A stretch of 64,000 nt of DNA from assembly GCA_011523635.1 (NCBI GenBank), contig WTGI01000084.1, positions 39,745 to 103,744 on the forward strand, written 5' to 3'. Shown here piece after piece: positions 36,844 through 46,905 of the stretch (its first letter is position 1; each line of letters begins with the position of its first letter). The DNA comes from Acidimicrobiia bacterium. Its GTDB lineage: Bacteria > Actinomycetota > Acidimicrobiia > Spongiisociales > Spongiisociaceae. The notes beneath the pieces were generated by a model. It was not told the DNA's origin, searched no databases, and saw only the letters and a list, made by a program, of their open reading frames with translations. Made by a program: the position numbers and the translations under genes.

Positions 36844-37953
36844 TTACAGGGCGGCGACGGTGAGGGTGTAGGTCCCGATGTCGGTTGTGAAGCTGGATAC
36901 TTGGACGTGGTAGGTACCTGTGGCGGGTGCGTACCATCCGATCCGGGGTGCTGTCGAGCGGCCGTAGTCGTCGGCTAGCGAGATGTCTTCGGCGTCGCTT
37001 AGGCGCAGTACGGAGTCCTCCAGAGTTCCGAGGGTGACGTCTAGCTGGTAGAACTGGCCCTCAGTGGCTTCGAAGGTGAAGAAGTCACTGTCGCCTATGT
37101 ATTCCAACTCGCCTTGTGTTGCCACACCGAGCTCGACGGGTGTTGCGTGGTCTGCCAAATTCAGGTGATCGTCCACGGTGTCTGAAGTACTGACGGTGAG
37201 CGTGTAGGTACCGGTCTTGGTGCTGTAGCTGCCTACTTGGACGTAGTAGGTGCCTGTGGCGGGTACGCGCCAAATGACGAAGGGCGCTCTCAAGGTGCCA
37301 TAGCCGGCTAGCCAGTTGCCGTCGGCGTCAAATATGCCTAGCGCCGACTCTGGGAGGGTTTCGAGGGTTACGTCCAGTTCGTAGTACTCGCCCTCTGTGG
37401 CTTCGAAGGTGAAGAAGTCACTATCGCGTGCGTACTTCAACTCGCCTTGTGTCGCCACACCGATCTCGACGGGTGTTGCGTTGTCTGCTGAATCCGGGTG
37501 GTCGTCCACGAAGTCTGAGATGACGATCGTGAGGGTGTAGGTGCCGGTGTCGTCGCTGGTTACCTCCACGTAGTAGGGGCCTGGGACGTAGTAGGGGCCT
37601 GCACTCGGAGCCCAAAAGAGCCGGGACACGGCCGAACTGCGGTAGCTGGCCACATGGGTGCCGACAGCGTCGAACACGTCCAGGACGTAGTCTTGGAGGG
37701 TTCCGAGGGTTATGTCCAGTTCGTAGTACTCGCCGTCCGTGGCTTCGAACCTGAAGACGTCGCGGTCACCAACGTAGTCCATCTCGGCTTGGGCGGCCAT
37801 ACCGATCTCAACGGATACTGCCTCCTTGACCACCTTGTCCCAATGGCGGTCATGCGGCTCGGACCACGGATAAAACCCACAACTCGCCAGGGCGCTCATA
37901 ACAGCCAGGGCCCCGAACAACCTCGGGCAACGGACGCGGAATCGCGAATCCAT
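36844..37953 (-). CDS. Lipoprotein with 3 PPC-like domains (paralog of 15894 and 38300 genes)
   Basis: Lipobox ALASC; three F.FEAT.G..Y.LD.TL.TL...G.Y.V.V......GTYTLT repeats. Confidence 0.75.
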   Translation of the reverse strand: MDSRFRVRCPRLFGALAVMSALASCGFYPWSEPHDRHWDKVVKEAVSVEIGMAAQAEMDYVGDRDVFRFEATDGEYYELDITLGTLQDYVLDVFDAVGTHVASYRSSAVSRLFWAPSAGPYYVPGPYYVEVTSDDTGTYTLTIVISDFVDDHPDSADNATPVEIGVATQGELKYARDSDFFTFEATEGEYYELDVTLETLPESALGIFDADGNWLAGYGTLRAPFVIWRVPATGTYYVQVGSYSTKTGTYTLTVSTSDTVDDHLNLADHATPVELGVATQGELEYIGDSDFFTFEATEGQFYQLDVTLGTLEDSVLRLSDAEDISLADDYGRSTAPRIGWYAPATGTYHVQVSSFTTDIGTYTLTVAAL

Positions 37954-38053
37954 CGGCTCCCAGAGGCTAACCGGCTTGGTCGCCTTCGACCTGCGAACTT
38001 AGCGCCCTGTTTGGTGCCATCCGATCCAGGCAGCGCGGTCCGTTCCCGCGCCG

Positions 38054-38178
38054 TTAGCCGGCGCCGTCCACGGCCGGGAATCGAGCCGGGTTGCTGTGGG
38101 TGACGTGGTGGATGGTCTCCTCGTCGAGTCCTTGGTTGCGGAGCATCGGCAGGTCGTTGTCGATGAGTTGCCAGGTAG
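38054..38178 (-). pseudogene. 3' remnant of a PTE-family gene
   Basis: Translates WQLIDNDLPMLRNQGLDEETIHHVTHSNPARFPAVDGAG*, matching the C-terminus RHLIDSFLPMLRDEGVDEETIHHITHTNPARVLAVDDAG* of 40321..41247. Confidence 0.85.
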
Positions 38179-38299
38179 GCGGTCACGGGATGGTTCGCTT
38201 GCCGGGTTCACCACGCCGATGGCAGCTGTGTACCCAACACGAATATGGCGACCGAGTTTGCGGTCGCTCTGGGGACCACCTCCGCCGCCCGCTCGCGGC

Positions 38300-40141
38300 C
38301 TAGGAAGGCGCGATGGTGAGGGTGTAGGTGCCTGTACCAACGTCGAAGCCGGTCACCCGGACGTAGTAGGTGCCTGTGCCGGGTGCGTTCCATAAGAGCC
38401 GGGAGGCTGTGGATTCGGGGGAATCGTCGTTGCGGTCCAGCCAGATGCCGTCTGCGTCGAATATGTCCAGTACGGAGTCTTCGAGGGTTCCGAGCGTTAC
38501 GTCCAGTTGGTAGAACTGGCCTTCTTCGGCCGCGAAGGTGAAGTAGTCGCCGTCGCCTCCGTAGTCGATAGCGCCTCGGGCGGCCACTCCGATCTCCACC
38601 GGCACTGCGTTGGCTGCCGAATTCGCGTGATCGTCCGTGATGCCTGAGATCGTGAGCGTGTAGGTGCCGGTGCCGGTGGCGTAGCTGGCCACCTGGACGT
38701 AGTAGGTGCCGGTGGCGGGCGCGTCCCATACGAGCCGCGACGCGGTCGAGTCGCCATAGTCGTCGTTGCCGTCCAGCCAGGTGCCGTAGGCGTCGAATAT
38801 GTCCAGTACGGAGTCTTCGAGGGTTCCGAGGGTCACGTCCAGTTGGTAGAACTCGCCTTCTTCGGCCGCGAAGGTGAAGTAGTCGCCGGCGCCTTCGTCG
38901 TCCAACTCGCCTTGGAATACCACACCGATCCCAATGGGTGTTGCCTCCTCGATCACCTGGTCCCAAGGCAGGTCACCGGGCTCCGACCACGATAGGTCGG
39001 GCACGCACTCCAGCAACTCGAATAGATACAAGGGGTCGTCGGCGAAGCCGGTCAAGAGGGTTGCCCAGTCGAAGTCGGTTACCCACTCCCGGAGGCAGCT
39101 TGTTTCTTCCTCGCTGAGGTCTTCGAGGGTCAGACCGGTGTCCTCGAGCATGGAGGCAATGAACATGTCGGGAGTGCATGAAAACAGGTCGGGGAGGAAG
39201 TCCAGGAGGACCGCCAGGTCGTCTCCGGCGAGGAGGATCGCCCAGTCGATGCCGACTGCCCATTCCCGGAGGCAGGTTGCTTCTTCCTCGCTGAGGTCTT
39301 CGAGGGTCAGACCGGTGTCCTCGAGCATGGAGGCGATAAACATGTCGGGGGCACATGCGACCAGGTCGGGGACGAAGTCTCCGAGAAGCGAGGCGTCGTC
39401 GGTGGCGCCGGCGAAGATGGTTGCCCAGTCGGTGCCGGCTGCCCATTCCCGGAGGCAGGTTGCTTCTTCCTCGCTGAGGTTTTCGAGGGTCATGCCGGTC
39501 TCCTCGAGCATCAGTGATATGAACAGATCCGGATTGCAACTCATGAACGCGGTGGTGACTTCCGCTGCCGCCTCGGCGTCATCAGCCGACAGGGCCACCA
39601 TCGTGGCAACCACGTCGATCCCGGCCACCCACTCATCTAGGCATATCTCCGCATCCGCGTCTATCAGAAGTAACCCATCCTCTTCCATTCCTGCGACCAG
39701 CAAGGCGAGGAACACGGCTCGGGCGGTTTGAGGAGCGAGGCACGAGAACATCAAGACCTCCCACGCCTCCGGGGTGTCCGATTCCGACATGACCGGTCGG
39801 CCCAGCACCGATTCCAATAGGTCGCCCTCGAACGAGTCGCGGATGCACTCCTGCTCGGTCGTGGTGAGCGCGTCGAACACCTCTCCCCACTCGGTGTGCG
39901 CATCCACGCTGATATCGAGATCGGTGGCAGCTTCCGTGGTCTCGGATGGCGCTGTCGTCGTGCTACTCGAAGTCGTGGTCGTACTGGTTGGAATGGTTGT
40001 GGTGCTTAGAGCCGTCGTCGTGCTGCTTACGGCTGTGGACGTTGACTCCTGTGTCGAGTCGCCCCCACAACCGGCCAGGACGATGGCGACAGCCAAAGCC
40101 CCAAACAGCCAGAAGCAACGGGCACTGGATCGGGACTCCAT
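38300..40141 (-). CDS. Acidic surface lipoprotein: 3 Cys-containing helical repeats and 2 PPC-like domains
   Basis: Lipobox VLAGC; Thr/Ser linker; 3x MLE.TG.TLE.LSEEE..CLREW; 2 PPC repeats. Confidence 0.8.
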   Translation of the reverse strand: MESRSSARCFWLFGALAVAIVLAGCGGDSTQESTSTAVSSTTTALSTTTIPTSTTTTSSSTTTAPSETTEAATDLDISVDAHTEWGEVFDALTTTEQECIRDSFEGDLLESVLGRPVMSESDTPEAWEVLMFSCLAPQTARAVFLALLVAGMEEDGLLLIDADAEICLDEWVAGIDVVATMVALSADDAEAAAEVTTAFMSCNPDLFISLMLEETGMTLENLSEEEATCLREWAAGTDWATIFAGATDDASLLGDFVPDLVACAPDMFIASMLEDTGLTLEDLSEEEATCLREWAVGIDWAILLAGDDLAVLLDFLPDLFSCTPDMFIASMLEDTGLTLEDLSEEETSCLREWVTDFDWATLLTGFADDPLYLFELLECVPDLSWSEPGDLPWDQVIEEATPIGIGVVFQGELDDEGAGDYFTFAAEEGEFYQLDVTLGTLEDSVLDIFDAYGTWLDGNDDYGDSTASRLVWDAPATGTYYVQVASYATGTGTYTLTISGITDDHANSAANAVPVEIGVAARGAIDYGGDGDYFTFAAEEGQFYQLDVTLGTLEDSVLDIFDADGIWLDRNDDSPESTASRLLWNAPGTGTYYVRVTGFDVGTGTYTLTIAPS

Positions 40142-40320
40142 CGGCTCCGACAGGCTACCCGGACCGGTCGCCCACTGGGCCCCTGGCTCGACGGCGAGAA
40201 GAATGCCATGACCTCCGGGAGGGATGCACTACGTTCTCAGCCGGCGCCGCCTTCGACCCCGCCAACTGTGCGCGCTGCTCGTGCCATCCGATCTCGGCAG
40301 CGCGGTCCGTTCCCGCTCGG

Positions 40321-41247
40321 TCAGCCGGCGTCGTCCACGGCCAGGACTCGGGCGGGGTTGGTGTGGGTGATGTGGTGGATGGTCTCCTCGTCGACTCCCT
40401 CGTCGCGGAGCATCGGCAGGAAGCTGTCGATCAGGTGCCGGTAGCCGTGGCCGCCGTTGGTCATCAGGCGCGGGCGGGCGGGCATGTCCTGTGCGACCAG
40501 CAGCCGGTCCCGGTGACCTCGACGGATCAACTCGGCCAGGAACTGGGCGCGCCGGTGGTCGGCGTTGATCCACTCGATTCCGATCAGGTCGAACTGGATG
40601 TAGGCGCCGGTCTGGGCGATGCGCTCCAACTCGTCCATCTCCAGCGTGTTGTCCAGGTGCCCGAAGACGATCCGGTCGGGCGGCACCCCCTCCTCCTTCA
40701 GGATCTCGTGGAAGAGCAGAGCCGTGTGCGGCGGGGTGTGGGTGGTGATCGCCAGGCCGGTGGCATGGTGAGCCCGGGCGGCGGCGCGGATGACCCGCTC
40801 CTCCACCCCCTGCACCCAGCGCTTGTCGATGCCGATCTCGCCGATGATGCCCGGGCGGATGCCCGTGTCGGCCCAGCCGTTCTCGATCTCGTCGACGATG
40901 TACTCGGCCAGCCGGCGCGTGGTCCACTTGTTGACGAACTCGGGGTAGTAGGGCTCCCGGTAGAAGCCGGTTCCCATCACGAGGTGCACTCCGGTGGTCT
41001 CGGAGATCCGCCGCATTTCCTCCGGCTTGCGGCCTATGTGTTCCAGTCCGCAGTCGACGAGAGTGCCCCCGCCTGCATCCTTGTAGAACCCGACCTCCTC
41101 GGTCATCTGGACCTCGTCGGTGATCGGCATGGCTACCCAGCGGTGCCGGGCCCACGAGATATCGGCGAAAATGTGATCGTGCGTCTGGGTGTGGCCCAGT
41201 TCATCCGGCGAGACCGGCCCTCGCACGGTCATTACCTGCAACGCCAT
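40321..41247 (-). CDS. PTE-family hydrolase, copy 2
   Basis: TVRGPV...LGHTQTHDH, GIRPGIIGEIG, TTHT, FGHLD, AQD, NPARVL. Confidence 0.9.
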   Translation of the reverse strand: MALQVMTVRGPVSPDELGHTQTHDHIFADISWARHRWVAMPITDEVQMTEEVGFYKDAGGGTLVDCGLEHIGRKPEEMRRISETTGVHLVMGTGFYREPYYPEFVNKWTTRRLAEYIVDEIENGWADTGIRPGIIGEIGIDKRWVQGVEERVIRAAARAHHATGLAITTHTPPHTALLFHEILKEEGVPPDRIVFGHLDNTLEMDELERIAQTGAYIQFDLIGIEWINADHRRAQFLAELIRRGHRDRLLVAQDMPARPRLMTNGGHGYRHLIDSFLPMLRDEGVDEETIHHITHTNPARVLAVDDAG

Positions 41248-41333
41248 GTCGTCTCCCCGTCGGTCGATCCCGTAGCTGCTTCGACCCTACCCGAACCGGC
41301 ACCGGCGGGCTGCGTCGTGCTCCGAATATGTCC

Positions 41334-41930
41334 TCAAGGGCACAATTGCCATCCGAAGAACTCGGTCAGGACCGCCGACGCCTCCGAGACATCGGCCCGT
41401 GCCTCCGCTATCAGCTCTGCGTCGCCCGATGCCCATCCTCGAGATCCCTCGTCGAAACCGGCGGCGTATGCCAGGATGCCCTCCCTGATAGACAGCAGCA
41501 GGTCCACGATCTCCCTTGGTGGAACTCCCATCAGATCAAGCTCCTCGACCAGCCCCAGGAGCCGGCGGCTCGCTGCCCTCAGCTCGGTCGCCACCTCGGT
41601 GGGATCCACGTCTTCAAGTGCTGAGTGGAGCAGGTCCGCGGCCTCCTCGACGATGGGCTGGAGCCGGATGAAGACCAGCCGGTCGAGGGCGATGGTGAAG
41701 CTGTCACACTCCTCCGCGGATGCATCCGCCACCGGCGCGACCGAGGCCCGCGTGCTGGTCGCCTGGGTGGTAGCGGCCGGGGCGGATGGGGAGACGGGGG
41801 CCGTCGTCGCCACGGTGGTTATCGCGGGCGTGTCGGCCACCGTGGTTGTGGTGGGCGAGGGTGAGGCGTGGCATGCCCCCATCAGGCAGGCAACCAAGAC
41901 GGCGATCGCGCAAAGGGCCCTGGTCTTCAC
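41334..41930 (-). CDS. Hypothetical lipoprotein (Thr/Ala linker plus helical domain)
   Basis: Signal peptide ending LMGAC; amphipathic helices bracketed by two Cys. Confidence 0.65.
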   Translation of the reverse strand: MKTRALCAIAVLVACLMGACHASPSPTTTTVADTPAITTVATTAPVSPSAPAATTQATSTRASVAPVADASAEECDSFTIALDRLVFIRLQPIVEEAADLLHSALEDVDPTEVATELRAASRRLLGLVEELDLMGVPPREIVDLLLSIREGILAYAAGFDEGSRGWASGDAELIAEARADVSEASAVLTEFFGWQLCP

Positions 41931-41986
41931 ACTGAAGTTTCTAGCCTGGGAGGACCGGGGTCGGCAACCGGAAGCGAGGAGAACAG

Positions 41987-42757
41987 GTGAGGCTCGAAGG
42001 CAAGGTGGTGCTCGTGTCCGGCGCAGCCCGAGGCATGGGCGCTACCGAAGCAGCCCTGTTCGCCGAGGAAGGGGCCACCGTCGTAGTCGGGGACATCGAG
42101 GCCGAGGCGGGGGAGCGAGTAGCGGCCTCCATCTTTTCAAAGGGGGGTACGGCGTCATTCATCGCACTCGACGTGACCCGGGAGGAGAGTTGGCAGCGGG
42201 CCGTGGAGGAGACGGTCGATCGCTTCGGGAGCCTGGACGTGCTGGTCAACAACGCCGGGACCGGCTCCCGCTCCTCCTTCGAGGACACGCCGCTCGAGGA
42301 GTGGAACCGGGTCAACGACGTCAACCTGACCGGAACCTTCCTCGGAATCCGGGCCGTCCTGCCGGTGATGAAGGGCCAGCGATCCGGGTCGATCATCAAC
42401 GTGTCGTCGGTTATGGGCATGCTCGGAGCCATCTACCCGGATCTGTCCGAGGCCCAGGCCCCTGCCTATGCGGCCTCGAAGGCGGCGGTCCGTCTCCTCA
42501 CCAGGACCGCTGCCGCCCAGTACGCCAGGTATGGGATCCGGGTCAATACGGTGGTGCCGGGATTCACGATGACCGAGATGGGTCGCTCGTCCTGGGAGGA
42601 TCCGGACCGGCGCTCCCTGTTCCTTCCCCACATACCGATGCAGCGCTGGGCGGAACCCGAGGAGATCGCCAGGGCGGTCCTGTTCCTGGCGTCGGATGAC
42701 AGCTCCTACGTCACCGGCTCCGACCTGGTGGTCGACGGGGGGTACTCGGCGGTCTGA
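41987..42757 (+). CDS. Short-chain dehydrogenase/reductase (hydroxysteroid/cyclic-alcohol dehydrogenase-like)
   Basis: SGAARGMG, LVNNAG, YAASK, FLASDDSSYVTG...VDGG. Confidence 0.94.
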   Translation: MRLEGKVVLVSGAARGMGATEAALFAEEGATVVVGDIEAEAGERVAASIFSKGGTASFIALDVTREESWQRAVEETVDRFGSLDVLVNNAGTGSRSSFEDTPLEEWNRVNDVNLTGTFLGIRAVLPVMKGQRSGSIINVSSVMGMLGAIYPDLSEAQAPAYAASKAAVRLLTRTAAAQYARYGIRVNTVVPGFTMTEMGRSSWEDPDRRSLFLPHIPMQRWAEPEEIARAVLFLASDDSSYVTGSDLVVDGGYSAV

Positions 42758-42806
42758 ACTCGGGAGCGGTCGGCCCGGCTCGGGACGGGCGAATGGATGG
42801 ATCGGC

Positions 42807-44165
42807 TCAATCCCGCTCGAGTTCGGCGAGCGTGCTCCCGACGGCATGTGAGATGTAGTCGGCCTGGGGGATCGTCAGGCACAGGGGAGGCGTAATCCTC
42901 ATCACGTGGCCCGTGCTGGATATCACCACGCCCCTGCGCAGTAGACCCCGCAGCACCTCGCGGATGAAGTCACCGGATACGGGGGTGCGGGTGGCCCGAT
43001 CGCGGACCATCTCGACACCGATGGCCAGGCCCAGGCCCCGGACGTCCGCTACGTTGCGACGCTGTGCCAGGCGCTTTCCGAGCGCGTTGATGAGGTGTTG
43101 GCCGACGCGGGAGGCGTTGTCCACCAAGCCCTCTTCGAGCAAAGCTGTCAGCGCAGCGAAACCCGATGCGCAGGCGAGCGGGTTGCCGCCGAAGGTGCTG
43201 CTGTTGTGGGTGGGTTGCGCACCAGGACCGGCGTCCATGACGTGCCGGGGACCGGCCACGATCCCGAGGGGGAAGCCTCCGCCGATGCCCTTGCCGAGCA
43301 GGAGGAGATCGGGCACCACGCCGGAGTGCTCGTACGCCCAGAGCCGGCCGGTACGGCCGCCTCCGGTCAGTATCTCGTCGAACATGAGCAGAGCCCCCGT
43401 CCGGTCGCAGAAAGCCCTGACGGACTCGAGGAAGGCGGCGGGGACGGGAATCATGCCCCCGGCCCCCTGCATGGGCTCGATGATGACCGCGGCAGGTGGG
43501 CCGGCCAGCACCTGCCCCGCCACCCGGTCGAGGTGCCGGGCGCATGCCTCGACCCGCCGGGCTTCGCTCTGGTGCGGTGTCTCCATCGGATCGGGGGCCA
43601 CCGCATGCACCACCCCCGGCAGGAACGGCCCGAGCCCCTCCCGCCCCGCTCCCGAGGTGAGAGAGAGCGCCCCGAGCGTCCGACCGTGGTAGCCGTTGTG
43701 AAAGGCGATCACCTCGTGGCGTCCCGTGGCCGAGCGGACCGTACGGAGGGCCGCCTCCACGGCCTCGCTCCCCGAGTTGGCGAGGTGGAAGGCATCGAGT
43801 CTTTCGGGCAGGGTGCTCCTGAGTAGTTCCACGAACCGCACCCGGACCTCGGTGGCGAAGTCGTAGAAGTGGGTCAGCAGCCGGGCCTGTTCCCCGAGAG
43901 CGGTCGCCACCGCCGGATGCCCGTGGCCCAGGTTCATCACCACGGTGCCGGCGCACGCATCGAGGAGCCAGTTTCCGTCGGCGTCCCGGATCATGGCGCC
44001 GCGCCCTTCGACCACGGCCAACTCCGACCACAGCGAGCCGGCGGAGTTGCCGGCCGCGAGCAGGCTCTGATCCTGGCGGAAGATCGCCTTGGACCCGGGG
44101 CCGGGTACCTCGGTGACAAGCCTGGGCAGTTCCGGGGTACCGGATGGGTTGTTGCTGTGGTTCAT
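42807..44165 (-). CDS. Class III PLP aminotransferase (GABA/omega-amine transaminase-like)
   Basis: EVPGP.S, DADGN, NSGSEAVE, YHGRT, EPMQGAGG, FDEI.TG.GRTG, GKGIGGGFP, STFGGNP; SD GGAGG before ATG 44165. Confidence 0.92.
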   Translation of the reverse strand: MNHSNNPSGTPELPRLVTEVPGPGSKAIFRQDQSLLAAGNSAGSLWSELAVVEGRGAMIRDADGNWLLDACAGTVVMNLGHGHPAVATALGEQARLLTHFYDFATEVRVRFVELLRSTLPERLDAFHLANSGSEAVEAALRTVRSATGRHEVIAFHNGYHGRTLGALSLTSGAGREGLGPFLPGVVHAVAPDPMETPHQSEARRVEACARHLDRVAGQVLAGPPAAVIIEPMQGAGGMIPVPAAFLESVRAFCDRTGALLMFDEILTGGGRTGRLWAYEHSGVVPDLLLLGKGIGGGFPLGIVAGPRHVMDAGPGAQPTHNSSTFGGNPLACASGFAALTALLEEGLVDNASRVGQHLINALGKRLAQRRNVADVRGLGLAIGVEMVRDRATRTPVSGDFIREVLRGLLRRGVVISSTGHVMRITPPLCLTIPQADYISHAVGSTLAELERD

Positions 44166-44218
44166 CGGTGTCCTCCGGACTTGTCTGCTCTGATCGCTTG
44201 CCGGCGCGGTGCCCTCAC

Positions 44219-45823
44219 TCACTCCCCGCCTTCTACCGGATCGATGCCCAGGTCGGCGATGCCGAGCCGCGCCTCGATGAGACTCGGCCGGCCGCTTCCT
44301 ACGTGTTTCATGAGTGCGGTTTCCAACTCATCAGGAGTGTCGGCTCGCGACGCACCCATCCCGAAGGCTCGCGCAGCGGCCGTGAAATCGGGTTGTTCCA
44401 GGTCGACGCCGAACCGCCTCCCTCCGCAGTACATGTCCTGCACCTCGGCGATGATCCCGTAGGAGCGGTTGTTGTACACCACCAGGCACACGGGCAGCTC
44501 ATGCTCCACGGCAGTCGCCAGTTCCCCGAGCGTGAACAGAGCTCCGCCGTCACCCATCACAGCCAGCACGGTCTCGTTCGGTGCGGCGGCCTGCACGCCC
44601 AAGGCGGCCCCGTATGCCCATCCGAGGGTCTGGAAGTTCCACGGGGTCATGAGCCGGCGCTCAGGTCCCAGAGGCACTCCTCCGGGGATCCACCGCGAAG
44701 CCATCGTCACGTCACCGCAGATCGTCACGCCACGGGACGGCAGCACCCTGTCGATCGGATCCGTCCAGGGATGGGAGGCGGTCACCGGGTCGATCTCCGT
44801 CGGGAGGCGGCCGGCGCGGGTCCGGTGCTGGGCCACCGCCTCTGCGAGCGAGGCGAGGAAGGGACCGACGTCGGCTTCGACAGCCAGATCCGGCTCGTAA
44901 TGCTGTCCGAGGCTGGCGGGATCGATATCGACGTGGATTAGCGAGCCACCGATGCGGAGCGTCCAGTCTGCGGTGGAGGCCCAACCGAAGCTGGTACCGA
45001 GAGCCAGGACCAGGTCCGCCCGTTCCACGACGGCCCGGGTGGCGTCATTGTCCATGACGCCGACCCAGCCGCCTTTCCGATCGGCCGCCGAGCGGCCGGC
45101 GACCGTCGTAACCACCGGCAAACCCGTGCTGTGAAGGAGGCGCGCCAGTTGCGGCTCTGCCCGTCCCCGTACCACCCCGGCGCCGGCCAGCACTACCGGG
45201 TCGGTAGCGGCAGCGAGCAGCCTGGTGACCCGATCCACTTCGTCGCCGGTAGCCGCCGGGTAATCGGGCAGGGGCTTCTCTCGCATAGCGGGGCGCGGAG
45301 TCTCCGATGCTTCGAGGGCGGCGCGACTGATCAGCACCACCCCGGGTCGCGGACGCCTCGAACGACACGCTGCCAGGGTCTCCTCCACGGCCGCGAAGAT
45401 CGATGCGCCGGTGTCTGCCCGCACCACCCGCGCTCCGGTGGCCTCCGCCAGCGCGGCCTGGTCGAACGCTTCGTGCGGGAGCCCCAGAGGCCGGCCACGC
45501 CGATGGGACGGATTGTGATCGCTGGCGATGACGACCACAGGCGACGAGTCCGCGTAGGCGGTCTGCAGGCCGGTGACCGTGTTTCCGAGGCCGGGGCCCC
45601 CGGTGACCACCACCACCCCGGGTTCGCCCGAGCGGCGAGCGTAACCGTCGGCCATGAAGGCGGCGGCCTGCTCGTTGCGGGCCACTATCGACCTCATGCC
45701 TCCCTGGCGGCCGATGGCGTCGTAGATCTCCACGGTGTAGCTGGCCGGGATGCCGAAGACGGTGGTGACACCGCCCTCGATCAGGGCCGCGACCACCGCG
45801 TCACCGCCGTTCGGGACCGCCAT
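44219..45823 (-). CDS. ThDP-dependent enzyme (acetolactate synthase superfamily)
   Basis: VFGIP, RNEQAAAFMADGYAR, GGPGLGN, TLGWAY, GDGG...NNRSYG. Confidence 0.9.
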   Translation of the reverse strand: MAVPNGGDAVVAALIEGGVTTVFGIPASYTVEIYDAIGRQGGMRSIVARNEQAAAFMADGYARRSGEPGVVVVTGGPGLGNTVTGLQTAYADSSPVVVIASDHNPSHRRGRPLGLPHEAFDQAALAEATGARVVRADTGASIFAAVEETLAACRSRRPRPGVVLISRAALEASETPRPAMREKPLPDYPAATGDEVDRVTRLLAAATDPVVLAGAGVVRGRAEPQLARLLHSTGLPVVTTVAGRSAADRKGGWVGVMDNDATRAVVERADLVLALGTSFGWASTADWTLRIGGSLIHVDIDPASLGQHYEPDLAVEADVGPFLASLAEAVAQHRTRAGRLPTEIDPVTASHPWTDPIDRVLPSRGVTICGDVTMASRWIPGGVPLGPERRLMTPWNFQTLGWAYGAALGVQAAAPNETVLAVMGDGGALFTLGELATAVEHELPVCLVVYNNRSYGIIAEVQDMYCGGRRFGVDLEQPDFTAAARAFGMGASRADTPDELETALMKHVGSGRPSLIEARLGIADLGIDPVEGGE

Positions 45824-46797
45824 CACACCATCGCCAGGACAGAGGCCGGGTTGGTGATCATGCACCGGTCCAGAACATCGGCCGGGACACCCTCCCCGAT
45901 GGCCAGAGCCCGGAACCCCGTGATGAGATGGGCGAGGCCGGGGCCACCGTTGACCGTCAGATGCCTCCTCCTGCATAGGTCGCTGGCCACGATTACCCGG
46001 TCGGTCAAGCCCTCCTCGGCCAGCCGGCGCAACGCTCCGGCGCGCACGCGGTCGGTCGTCATCTGCACCCCGAGCGTCTCGGTGTAGTACTCGTACCCGA
46101 TGGTGTCGAACTGTGCGTAGGCGCCCCGTTCGATGATGCGGCGGACAAGCCCCAGGTCGGGCTCGGTGTCGTCGAGATGCCCGACGACTATCCGCTCGGG
46201 GGCCAATCCCGTCGACGTGAGCACGTCGATCTGGTCGAGGGCGTTGCGCCCCAGATACGTGTGGGTGGACACCGCCACGCCGGTCTCGACGGCTGCCAGC
46301 GCCGACGCTCTGAACACGGTTGTCTCTCGTTCGGTCATCGGTCCGGTGTAGGTGCCCTGTTCTCCGATGATCCCGGCCCGGATCCCCGTACCGTCCACAC
46401 CGTCGGTGATCTCCCCTACCAGTATCTCGGCGATCCGGTCGGCGGTCAGGCCGGCGATGCGGTCGGGATGGAACGGTTCGTGATAGATGCCCGCTCCCAT
46501 CACGACATGTACGCCGGTTGCTTCCGATGCATGTAAGAGGCCGCCGGGATCTCGTCCCATGCCCATCGGCGTGAGTTCGACCAGGCACGTACCTCCCGCC
46601 CTGGAGAAGTCCCACAACTCCGGCAAGGTGTCGTCGATCGATAGCTTGTGATCGCCGTAACGCTCCGCCGTCTCGCTCCAGGCCGGATGCGCCTGCTCCT
46701 CCATACCCAGCGACAGGTGGGCGTGGGCATTCGTCGGACCCCAGCCGTCCGCGGGCACGTCTCCTCGCACCGTCCTGATCCGACCCGCCGAGCGCAT
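45823..46797 (-). CDS. PTE-family hydrolase, copy 3
   Basis: TVRGDV...WGPTNAHAH, GIRAGIIGEQG, STHT, GHLD, ASD, NPASVL. Confidence 0.88.
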   Translation of the reverse strand: MRSAGRIRTVRGDVPADGWGPTNAHAHLSLGMEEQAHPAWSETAERYGDHKLSIDDTLPELWDFSRAGGTCLVELTPMGMGRDPGGLLHASEATGVHVVMGAGIYHEPFHPDRIAGLTADRIAEILVGEITDGVDGTGIRAGIIGEQGTYTGPMTERETTVFRASALAAVETGVAVSTHTYLGRNALDQIDVLTSTGLAPERIVVGHLDDTEPDLGLVRRIIERGAYAQFDTIGYEYYTETLGVQMTTDRVRAGALRRLAEEGLTDRVIVASDLCRRRHLTVNGGPGLAHLITGFRALAIGEGVPADVLDRCMITNPASVLAMV

Positions 46798-46905
46798 GCC
46801 GTCAACCGCTCCGCGGAGATCCGGCGATCCTGCCGGCTCCGTCGAAGGTCCCGTCCGGCCGGCAAGCAGCGCGCAGCCGCCCGGTCGGGGGAGTAGGCGT
46901 CGGTT

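Noticed and set aside
39946-42699. 917-aa plus-strand ORF (similarly 48182..50209, 57217..59076, 34621..36117, 52822..54423)
   Set aside because: Antisense or off-frame shadows of well-supported genes; high-GC codon bias suppresses stops; no recognisable motifs
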